Part shown: positions 23,774 to 31,607 of the stretch, one piece after another
Numbering within the stretch: position 1 is the stretch's first letter
Layout of the letters: each line of letters begins with the position of its first letter
Assembly: GCA_964627835.1 (NCBI GenBank)
Contig: CAZVLG010000485.1
Coordinates: 1 to 37,023, forward strand
DNA from: an uncultured Bacteroides sp.
GTDB taxonomy: Bacteria > Bacteroidota > Bacteroidia > Bacteroidales > SM23-62
Direction of reading: 5' to 3'
DNA length: 37,023 nt
Notes under the pieces: generated by a model
Told to the model about the DNA's origin: nothing
Seen by the model: only the letters and a program-made list of their open reading frames with translations
Databases searched by the model: none
Made by a program: the position numbers and the translations under genes

Positions 23774-24976
23774 ATGAAAACAGCTCGGAAATTCAGGATA
23801 GCCGCGATCGTCCTGCTCATGCTCATCCCGGCCGGATCATGGTCCCAGACCGCCCTGGAGAACCTTACCCTAATCCGACAGGATGTAAAAAGCAAAAGAA
23901 TAAGCAGTTACGACCGATCCGGGGGGAACAGGGACCGGATCGAGCATATCGAACCCGGCCAGACAGTCACCCTCTGCGATATCGAAGGCGCGGGCATGAT
24001 CAACCATATCTGGATCACCATGAGCCCGGGTCCCCCTGAACTCAACCGCACCGACATTATTTTCCGGATCTACTGGGACGGGCATGATTTTCCGTCGGTT
24101 GAGTCCCCCATCGGCCCCTTCTTCGGGCAGGGATGGGACGAGAGCTACCCTTTTGCATCCCTTCCCCTGGCTGCGGCGCCTGTCGAAGGGAATGCGCTTT
24201 CGTGCTATTTCAAGATGCCTTTTGCCAGTGGGGCGAGAATCGAAATCGAGAACCAGGCGGATACGGGGATCCGCCTCCTCTATTTTTACATCGATTACCT
24301 GGAGATGGAAAGGCCGGCTGAGAATGCCGGGTATTTTCATGCCTGGTACAACCAGGAGGTAACCGAGCCTCCCCCGGAAGGGGAAAACGAATGGGGATTA
24401 CTGTCGGATGAAACCGGCAAGAATCCGGCCGGGGAAAGGAATTACCTGATCCTGGATACCCGGGGAAAAGGACATTTTGCAGGTGTGAATTATTACGTAA
24501 ACTCCCCTACCCCGATCTGGTACGGCGAGGGAGATGACATGATCTTCATCGACGGGGATGAACTGCCCACCCTTCACGGAACGGGGACGGAAGATTATTT
24601 CAACCATTCCTGGTGCCCGAACGAAGTATTCCGGCACCCCTACTTCGGTTACGCCCGCACGCCCTCCGAAATCCAGTGGCTCGGCCGGACGCATACATAC
24701 CGCTTTCATATCGATGATCCTGTTTATTTTAATGAATCCATCCGTTTTACCATTGAGCACGGTCATAACAATTGCCTGACCCTGGAAATGGCCAGTGTTG
24801 CCTACTGGTACCTGGACAAACCCTCGAAACTGGATCCCATCCCGGACAAGGAGGCGCGTAAGCTCATGCCCGAGATCAACTCACTGGACATCCACCGCTG
24901 GAGGCACGAGTGGAGAAAAAACTTCGGGGAGGGCGACGGGTCCGTACCCTGGGGCAACGAACCCATCGACAGGTAG
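23774..24976 (+). CDS. DUF2961 / glycoside hydrolase family 172 protein
   Basis: Start moved to ATG 23774 (MKTARKFRIAAIVLLMLIPAGSWSQ). Motifs: ISSYDRSGGNRDRI.I.PG....L.DIEGAGMINHIWITM, FRIYWDG...PSVESPIGPFFGQGW, CYFKMPFASGARIEIEN, WYGEGDDMIFIDGD..PTLHGTGTEDYFN, YRFHIDDPVYFNESIRFTIEHGHNN. Stop TAG. Confidence 0.8.
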   Translation: MKTARKFRIAAIVLLMLIPAGSWSQTALENLTLIRQDVKSKRISSYDRSGGNRDRIEHIEPGQTVTLCDIEGAGMINHIWITMSPGPPELNRTDIIFRIYWDGHDFPSVESPIGPFFGQGWDESYPFASLPLAAAPVEGNALSCYFKMPFASGARIEIENQADTGIRLLYFYIDYLEMERPAENAGYFHAWYNQEVTEPPPEGENEWGLLSDETGKNPAGERNYLILDTRGKGHFAGVNYYVNSPTPIWYGEGDDMIFIDGDELPTLHGTGTEDYFNHSWCPNEVFRHPYFGYARTPSEIQWLGRTHTYRFHIDDPVYFNESIRFTIEHGHNNCLTLEMASVAYWYLDKPSKLDPIPDKEARKLMPEINSLDIHRWRHEWRKNFGEGDGSVPWGNEPIDR

Positions 24977-25014
24977 CCTGGACCACCTGCAGGAAAACCC
25001 ATAAATAAGGAGAC

Positions 25015-27111
25015 ATGAAAAAAACCGGCATTTTCTGGATAATCCTTCTCCTTAACGCCTGTACGTCCGTTACGGATGGCCCGGGCAGGGGACAAAGGAA
25101 CACGCACTACATCAACAACCAGGAACCACTGGTTGCCCAACCCTATGCGGCCCTGAACCTGGGGGACATTCAACCGGAAGGCTGGCTGCTCAGGATGCTG
25201 GAGCTCCAGCGGGACGGGCTGACCGGGCACCTGGACAGCATCTATGCCCTGGTCTGCGGCGAAACCAACGGATGGCTCGGGGGCCATGGGGACTGCTGGG
25301 AAAGGGGACCCTACTGGCTCGACGGACTGGTTCCCCTTGCATACATCCTGGAAGACGGGGAACTGATATCCATGGCCCGGCCATGGATCGAATGGGCCAT
25401 TGAGAACCAGCGTAAAGACGGGTATTTCGGTCCCCTTCCAAAACCCGAAGACGCCCCGGAGATTCCCGGCACCCAGCAGGGCAACTGCGAGGACTGGTGG
25501 CCCAAGATGGTCATGCTCAAGGTGCTCCAGCAATACTATTCCGCCACACGGGATGAGCGTGTACTCGGGCTGATGGACAGGTACTTCCGCTACCAGCTTG
25601 AGATGCTTCCTGAATTCCCTCTCGGCCACTGGACGTACTGGGGCAACCGGAGGGGAGGCGACAACCTTGCCGTGGTATACTGGTACTACAACATCGTGAA
25701 GGAGCCCTGGCTCCTGGAACTTGCCGGGATAATCCATGCGCAGACGTATGATTGGACAAGCACCTATTCGGGCAATGTGATCCGCCGCAGCAATCCCTAC
25801 CCCCGCCTGCACTGCGTGAATGTTGCCCAGGGATTGAAGGAACCCGTTATTTATTACCAGCAGCATCCCGAACAGAAGTACCTGGATGCGGTTAAACTGG
25901 GACTCGAATCCCTCAGGGATGTGCATGGTTTTGTCACGGGAATGTACGGGGGCGACGAGCACCTGCACGGGAACAATCCAACCCAGGGCTCGGAGCTCTG
26001 CTCGGCCATAGAGATGATGTTCTCATTCGAAAGCATGATCCCTGTTACCGGCGATATGTATTATGCAGATTACCTGGAACGGATCGCCTTCAATGTGCTT
26101 CCCACCCAGCATGACGATCGTTTCCTGCGCAGGCAGTATTTCCAGCAGGCAAACCAGGTGCTGGTCACCAACCAGGAACGGAATTTCCATAACGACCACA
26201 GGGGAAGGATCGTTTACGGGGTGCTGACCGGGTACCCATGCTGCACCTGCAACATGCACCAGGGATGGCCTAAGTTCGTGCAGAACCTCTGGTACGCCAC
26301 GGCCGATAACGGTCTCGCCGCACTGGTCTACGGTCCCTCGAACGTCAAAGCCAGGGTCTCGGACGGCACCGAGGTCCGGTTTATAGAACAAACGGATTAT
26401 CCCTTTTCCGAAAATGTCCGCTTTCAGTTTGAGGCTGAAAAACCGGTTGAATTCCCCTTCCACCTGCGGGTTCCGGCATGGTGCAAAAACCCGGAAATCA
26501 CCCTGAACGGGGAAGGATTCAGTGATACCCTTAAAGGGGAGGGCTTCCTTCTTACCCTGAACGCAAATGAATCCATCAGCGCCCTGCAGGAAAAAGGACT
26601 GGCTGTTGCCGTGGAAGACAGGCTGCTGAAGATCCGGCGCGAATGGATACCGGGGGATGTCATCGAGCTGGTCCTGCCTATGGAAGTTGAAGTAAGCAGG
26701 TGGTTCGAAGGATCGGCCGGCATTCAGAGGGGCCCCCTCGTTTATGCACTGAGGATCGAGGAAAACTGGAAGGAAGTATTCACCGGGGAATGGCAGCACT
26801 CATACTTTGAGGTCACACCGGGGAGTCCCTGGAACTATGGAATTCATAAGGAAACCCTTGAGAACATGGAATTCGGTTTCCGGGAAGGCGGGAGTGTTGC
26901 GGAGATGCCATGGAACCTGGAAAATGCTCCCGTATCACTGACCACAAGTGCCAGCCGCATGCCGGGCTGGACCCTGTACATGAATTCGGCCGGCCCGCTC
27001 CCCTCCCCTGCATACCCCCTGCGGACTCACCTGGAAGAAAGGGAGGAGATCACCCTGATCCCTTATGGATGCACCACCCTGAGGATTGCCGAGTTTCCGG
27101 TGCTGGATTGA
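25015..27111 (+). CDS. DUF1680 / GH127-like (GH127/GH146 clan) beta-L-arabinofuranosidase-type cysteine glycosidase, lipoprotein
   Basis: 698 aa. Lipobox (IILLLNAC). (alpha/alpha)6-type N-region (WERGPYWLDGLVPLAYIL...). GSELCSAIEMM (the E-x-C of the Zn/Cys site as recalled for HypBA1) and GYPCCTCNMHQGWPKF (CCxxN nucleophile motif). Confidence 0.75.
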   Translation: MKKTGIFWIILLLNACTSVTDGPGRGQRNTHYINNQEPLVAQPYAALNLGDIQPEGWLLRMLELQRDGLTGHLDSIYALVCGETNGWLGGHGDCWERGPYWLDGLVPLAYILEDGELISMARPWIEWAIENQRKDGYFGPLPKPEDAPEIPGTQQGNCEDWWPKMVMLKVLQQYYSATRDERVLGLMDRYFRYQLEMLPEFPLGHWTYWGNRRGGDNLAVVYWYYNIVKEPWLLELAGIIHAQTYDWTSTYSGNVIRRSNPYPRLHCVNVAQGLKEPVIYYQQHPEQKYLDAVKLGLESLRDVHGFVTGMYGGDEHLHGNNPTQGSELCSAIEMMFSFESMIPVTGDMYYADYLERIAFNVLPTQHDDRFLRRQYFQQANQVLVTNQERNFHNDHRGRIVYGVLTGYPCCTCNMHQGWPKFVQNLWYATADNGLAALVYGPSNVKARVSDGTEVRFIEQTDYPFSENVRFQFEAEKPVEFPFHLRVPAWCKNPEITLNGEGFSDTLKGEGFLLTLNANESISALQEKGLAVAVEDRLLKIRREWIPGDVIELVLPMEVEVSRWFEGSAGIQRGPLVYALRIEENWKEVFTGEWQHSYFEVTPGSPWNYGIHKETLENMEFGFREGGSVAEMPWNLENAPVSLTTSASRMPGWTLYMNSAGPLPSPAYPLRTHLEEREEITLIPYGCTTLRIAEFPVLD

Positions 27112-27215
27112 GAAAAGATCACCATACCAGGCTCCGGGTGCACCACCCTGGGGATTGCCGAGTTTCCGGTGCTGGAGTGAGAAAAGATCACGATGCCAGG
27201 TTCCGGCACCCGTGA
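27048..27215. repeat. 69-bp tandem repeat (2.4 copies) duplicating the GH127 3' end, its stop codon and 5 trailing nt
   Basis: Unit 1 (27048-27116): gatcaccctgatcccttatggatgcaccaccctgaggattgccgagtttccggtgctggattgagaaaa. Unit 2 (27117-27185): gatcaccataccaggctccgggtgcaccaccctggggattgccgagtttccggtgctggagtgagaaaa. Partial unit 3 (27186-27215): gatcacgatgccaggttccggcacccgtga. Confidence 0.9.
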
Positions 27216-27218
27216 ATT

Positions 27219-27605
27219 TTATTTTTTATTCCGGTTCGGGAAATAGGGACTTGAATAGGGTACCGTCTCATCAAGCAGGATTGCCTCCTGAATGACCTCG
27301 TAAAGCTGTTCCAGCGGAATATCCTCCACGCGGTAAAGGCGGATGCCGCTGACCTCCTTCCTGCCCCTTGCCTCCAGGATTCCCTGCGTATTCGAAAGTT
27401 CCTTCCCGCGGGTAAAAACGAACTCGATGCCGGCTTTTTTCAGGGGCTGGATGTATGCGATCCAGCTGTTCCTGTAATATACGGGTATCCTGAAGGCGAT
27501 CTTGCATTGGATGCCGGGCTGGTCCGTCATCAGTTCATGCAGGAATTTCATCACCTCCTGCGTATCCCCCTCAAATCCGTATATGAATTCCTCAACCTCG
27601 TTCAT
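27219..27605 (-). CDS. DUF1801 (YdhG-like) domain protein
   Basis: About 128 aa from ATG 27603-27605 (alternative ATG at 27615-27617). The pattern KIAFRIPVYYRNSWIAYIQPLKKAGIEFVFTRGKELSN.QGILE..GRK.V..IRL is recalled as typical of DUF1801; the assignment is tentative. Confidence 0.5.
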   Translation of the reverse strand: MNEVEEFIYGFEGDTQEVMKFLHELMTDQPGIQCKIAFRIPVYYRNSWIAYIQPLKKAGIEFVFTRGKELSNTQGILEARGRKEVSGIRLYRVEDIPLEQLYEVIQEAILLDETVPYSSPYFPNRNKK

Positions 27606-27732
27606 GGCGCAATGCATTCATTCACCTGACAGGCGACTCTTTTTTGATTGATGTTTCCTTGTTTGCAGTTGGTTCTGTATTGAACGCCGTATATTTGTCG
27701 ACAGCCGGAATTTTTTATGCCGGGAAGTGGCC

Positions 27733-29319
27733 CTAAACCCTGTCTTTTGTCAGCTCCCCGTTCACCAGCCTCCATATGTTCAGGGGATTTTCGTCTTTCA
27801 GCGCAGCCGGCAGGGAGGACTGGGGGAAATCCTGGTAACAGAAGGGCCGGGAGAAGCGCCGGATGGCTGCTGTACCTACCGATGTGGACTGGGCCGCGGT
27901 GGTAGCCGGAAAGGGCCCGCCGTGGACCATGGAATGGCATACCTCCACCCCGGTCGGGTATCCGTTGAAGATCAGCCTGCCCACCTTGGTTTCCAGCACC
28001 TTCACCAGCTCCCTGTATTCCTCAAGGTCTTCCTCCGTCCCATGCAGGGTGGCCGTCAGGTGCCCCCCCATCTTCCTGGCGATCTCGATCATCTCCTGCC
28101 TGCTCCGGGATTGCACCCCGAGGGTCGATGGACCGAAAACCTCTTCTGCCAGTTGAGGATTATCCAGGAACACCTGACCGGTGGTGGCAAATACCCTGGC
28201 ACGGGCACTGTTTTCTCTCTCCGGGTCTTTTCCCTCCGCCAGCATCATAACACCTTTGCTGTTTTTGAGTCGTTCCGCCCCATCCAGGAAACCCGACTTG
28301 ATCCCTTCCGAGAGCATGGTCCCTGCAGGTGTGTCCGCACTCAAGCGGCTGAGCTGTTCTATGAACTTTTCTGAATCGTCGCCGGACTGGCTGATGACGA
28401 GTCCGGGGTTGGTGCAGAATTGCCCAACGCCAAGCGTGAAGGATTGCACCATTCCCCTGGCGATATCTTCCGCCTGGCGCTTCATGGCTCCAGGCAGGAT
28501 AAAGACCGGGTTCACGCTGCCCATTTCGGCAAAGACAGGGATGGGTATTTCCCGCTGGTTGGCGGCATCGAAAAGGGCCTTTCCTCCCCTGAAGGAGCCT
28601 GTGAATCCAATGGCCTTCACATCCGGGTGCCGGACAAGCGCCATGCCCACACGGTTGCTTTTCCCGTGGATCATGGAAAAAAGACCGTCGGGCATGCCGG
28701 AATTTTTAATGGCCCTCAGGATTGCCTGTCCCACGATCTCGGAGGTCCCGGGATGCAGGGGATGGGCCTTGACGATAACCGGGCAGCCGGCCGCCAGGGC
28801 GGAAGCGGTATCGCCCCCGGCCACCGAGAAGGCCAGCGGGAAATTGCTCGCCCCGAAAACACCCACCGGTCCCAAAGGAAGCTGCATCTGCCGGATGTCG
28901 GGTTTGGGTGCGGGCTGCCTGTCGGGAATGGCCGTATCGATCCGGGCATCCAGCCAGAGGCCTTCCCGCACAACGGAAGCAAACAGCTTTAACTGGTTCA
29001 CCGTGCGCATGCGCTCTCCGGTCAGCCGTGCCTCGGGCAGTGCGGTTTCGGCCATGCATCGTTCGATCAGGAAGTCGCCGGTGGCGAAGATCTCCACTGC
29101 GATCGCTTCCAGCAGGGATGCCCGTTCCCCGAAGGATTTTTCCCGGCAGGAATCAAAGGCCTTTACTGCCATCCGGACTGCCGCATCGATCTCGGCCGTG
29201 GTGGCTTCCGTGAATTCGGTATCCAGTTCTACGAGGCTGGAAGGGTCCGTGGCCCTGTACTTTTCAGTTCCCTTTCCGCTGAGTTCAGGCCCGATCAGGT
29301 TTAATCCGCTTAATTCCAT
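27733..29319 (-). CDS. aldehyde dehydrogenase of the alpha-ketoglutarate-semialdehyde (2,5-dioxovalerate) dehydrogenase type
   Basis: 528 aa. Motifs: LPEARLTGERMRTVNQLKLFA...LGPVGVFGASNFPLAFSVAGGDTASALAAGCPVIVKAHP.HPGTSE, FTGS..GG, MGSVNPVFILP, GQFCTNPG. Last gene of a tightly packed minus-strand operon. Confidence 0.8.
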   Translation of the reverse strand: MELSGLNLIGPELSGKGTEKYRATDPSSLVELDTEFTEATTAEIDAAVRMAVKAFDSCREKSFGERASLLEAIAVEIFATGDFLIERCMAETALPEARLTGERMRTVNQLKLFASVVREGLWLDARIDTAIPDRQPAPKPDIRQMQLPLGPVGVFGASNFPLAFSVAGGDTASALAAGCPVIVKAHPLHPGTSEIVGQAILRAIKNSGMPDGLFSMIHGKSNRVGMALVRHPDVKAIGFTGSFRGGKALFDAANQREIPIPVFAEMGSVNPVFILPGAMKRQAEDIARGMVQSFTLGVGQFCTNPGLVISQSGDDSEKFIEQLSRLSADTPAGTMLSEGIKSGFLDGAERLKNSKGVMMLAEGKDPERENSARARVFATTGQVFLDNPQLAEEVFGPSTLGVQSRSRQEMIEIARKMGGHLTATLHGTEEDLEEYRELVKVLETKVGRLIFNGYPTGVEVCHSMVHGGPFPATTAAQSTSVGTAAIRRFSRPFCYQDFPQSSLPAALKDENPLNIWRLVNGELTKDRV

Positions 29320-29331
29320 AACTATCTGGTT

Positions 29332-30237
29332 TTATTCTACATAATTAACAAGGGTGCCTATCCTGTCCATACCGATACGTATCTCATCGCCGGATTGCAG
29401 GGTGAAATCATTGGGGGGTACGATGCCTGTTCCGGTCATCAGCAGGCAGCCGTCCGGGAAAGAACACTCCCGGAACAGGTACCCCACCAGTTCCGTATGT
29501 TCCCGTTTCATCTGGTTAATGGAAACCTCAGCCTGAAAGACGGCGGAACCGGACCGCAGCACTTCCAGACGGATCATAGTATCGGAGGCGATGGGCCTGT
29601 CCGTCACATAGATGCCGGGGCCCAGGGCGGCCGAACCGTCATAGGTCTTGGCCTGGGGGAGGTACAGCGGGTTTTCGCCTTCTATATCCCTCGAGCTCAT
29701 ATCGTTGCCTGCGGTGTATCCGACGATCTTTGCCCCGGAAGTGATCATGAGGGTGAGCTCGGGTTCCGGCACGTTCCAGGCGGAATCCCGGCGGATCCTG
29801 ACCTTCCCGCCGGACCCTACGCAGCGCCGGGGATTGGCCTTGAAAAACAGTTCCGGCCGGTCTGCATCGTACACGCGCTGGTAAAAATCCCCTCCGCCGG
29901 CATCCTTTGACTCTTCCTTCCTGGCTTCCCGGCTTCTCATGTAAGTGACGCCTGCGCCCCAGACTTCCTGTTTCCCGATGGGCGGCAGGAGGTTTTTGGC
30001 CAGGATTGAGACGGCATCCCTTTCGGGAACCGGCTTACCTGCAAGGCCGGATCCAGGGCTTGGGCCGGGTTCAGAGGCAGGGCCGGCCTTTTCATCCGTC
30101 CTGGACTTCCCGGTGGCCTTCAGCAGTTCCCCGTACAAATCATCCCGGTTGACGAGTTCGTCCCATTCCCTGTCAAGCAGGAAAAATGCCTTCCCTTCTT
30201 CGACCAGTATGCCTTTTGTTGTATGGTAAATAATCAT
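29332..30237 (-). CDS. FAH-fold 2-keto-3-deoxy-D-pentonate dehydratase-like protein (KdaD/XylX type)
   Basis: 301 aa. Motifs: [57 protein letters not shown]...[44 protein letters not shown]...GD.I.I....IGTL.N. These match my recollection of Sulfolobus KdaD, including the E-x-E...D metal site. It lies 12 nt upstream of the ALDH gene. Confidence 0.7.
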   Translation of the reverse strand: MIIYHTTKGILVEEGKAFFLLDREWDELVNRDDLYGELLKATGKSRTDEKAGPASEPGPSPGSGLAGKPVPERDAVSILAKNLLPPIGKQEVWGAGVTYMRSREARKEESKDAGGGDFYQRVYDADRPELFFKANPRRCVGSGGKVRIRRDSAWNVPEPELTLMITSGAKIVGYTAGNDMSSRDIEGENPLYLPQAKTYDGSAALGPGIYVTDRPIASDTMIRLEVLRSGSAVFQAEVSINQMKREHTELVGYLFRECSFPDGCLLMTGTGIVPPNDFTLQSGDEIRIGMDRIGTLVNYVE

Positions 30238-30260
30238 ATCGGCTGGTTCTTACATTAAGT

Positions 30261-31595
30261 TCAAATGAACAGGTTGACCAGCGACAGGAGGAGCATGGCA
30301 CTGAACCCGAGAATGGCCGACCCGGAGCTCAGCAGCTTATACCCGTCCTTGACACTCATGTCGCTCATCTGTGTAACGACCCAGAAATAGCTGTCGTTGG
30401 CATGGGAAACCACGGCTGCACCGGCACCAATGGCAACCACTACCATCGCCCTGGAGAGCTCTCCTTCCAGTCCCAGGCTGCCGAGCAGGGGCAGCATCAG
30501 GGATGCCGAGGTAATGATAGCAACGGTGGAGGAACCCTGGGCGGATTTCAGGGCGGCTGCCACCAGGAAAGGGAGCCAGAGGCCCAGTCCCGATCCCTGC
30601 ACGGATTCACCCAGCAGGGCCCCGAAATCCGAATTCTGGAGGATTTTCCCGAATGCTCCGCCGGCTCCCGTAATCAGGATGATGATCGCGGCATCCTTCA
30701 GGGCCTTCCCCACCCAGCCCGATGCCGATAGCATGGACCTGTCCAGTTTCCTGGGAAGCATGAAGGACAGTATCATTCCGATTACCAGGGCGATCAGGGG
30801 ATCCCCAATGAACCGGGCAATGTTCGTGAACTGTCCGCTGCCAAAGGGTTCAGTCGGAAAATCAGCGATGGATTTCAGCACGATGAGTACCAGGGGCAGG
30901 ATGATCGGCAGAAAGGATTTGAGGGCGGAAGGAGCTTCCGCCGTGATCTGCTCCACCTGTTCCGGGGATAATTCCGGATTGGGATCGATATACAGCCTCG
31001 AAGCAATCTTCTTTGCAAACAGGGTGGTGACCACCAGGGCCCCGATGCTTACCCCGAGACCCAGTAGGATCACCAGTCCCACATCCGCACCGATGATCCC
31101 AGCGGCGGCAATCGGCCCGGGGGTCGGCGGCACCATGGTATGGGTAGCCATGAGTCCCAAACAAAGCGCAATGGAGGTCCCCGCCAGGGAAAGTCCCGCT
31201 TTCTTGGTCAGGGCCTTGTTCAGCGGGTTCAGGATGATGAACCCGCTGTCTGCAAATACCGGTATGGATACGATATAGCCAATGATGGCCATGGCCGAAT
31301 GGATCCTTTTCTGACCGATCAGGCGTAGGATCACATTGGCAAGGGCATAGGCCCCGCCGGACTGTTCAAGGAAAGTACCTATGATGATGCCGGCGATTAT
31401 GATGATCCCGATGTTGCCGACGGTCGTGCCGAAACCATCGTTAATGGACGCAATAACCTGGTCAAGGGGCATCCCCGAGAACAGGCCGAAAAACAGGGCT
31501 GAGGCCAGCAGGGCCAGGAAAGGGTGCAATTTCAGCCGGGTGGTTGAAAATATGATGAAAGCAATGCAGAGCAGGATCAGGAGAATGATCAGCAT
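30261..31595 (-). CDS. GntP-family sugar-acid:H+ permease
   Basis: 444 aa, polytopic. N-terminus LHPFLALLASALFFGLFSGMPLDQVIASINDGFGTTVGNIGIIIIAGIIIGTFLEQSGGA is typical of gluconate/GntP transporters. Confidence 0.85.
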   Translation of the reverse strand: MLIILLILLCIAFIIFSTTRLKLHPFLALLASALFFGLFSGMPLDQVIASINDGFGTTVGNIGIIIIAGIIIGTFLEQSGGAYALANVILRLIGQKRIHSAMAIIGYIVSIPVFADSGFIILNPLNKALTKKAGLSLAGTSIALCLGLMATHTMVPPTPGPIAAAGIIGADVGLVILLGLGVSIGALVVTTLFAKKIASRLYIDPNPELSPEQVEQITAEAPSALKSFLPIILPLVLIVLKSIADFPTEPFGSGQFTNIARFIGDPLIALVIGMILSFMLPRKLDRSMLSASGWVGKALKDAAIIILITGAGGAFGKILQNSDFGALLGESVQGSGLGLWLPFLVAAALKSAQGSSTVAIITSASLMLPLLGSLGLEGELSRAMVVVAIGAGAAVVSHANDSYFWVVTQMSDMSVKDGYKLLSSGSAILGFSAMLLLSLVNLFI

Positions 31596-31607
31596 GGCCT
31601 GTTTCTT

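Noticed and set aside
24802-25968. 388-aa minus-strand ORF spanning the GH172/GH127 junction. Similar long antisense ORFs occur at 13842-14933, 15923-16798, 22257-23063, 23017-23895, 28181-29344, 30397-31278, 32509-33228 and 11765-12625.
   Set aside because: Each lies opposite a gene with clear family motifs. They lack signal or domain motifs and have skewed Arg/Pro/Gly/Ser composition. I treat them as shadow ORFs.
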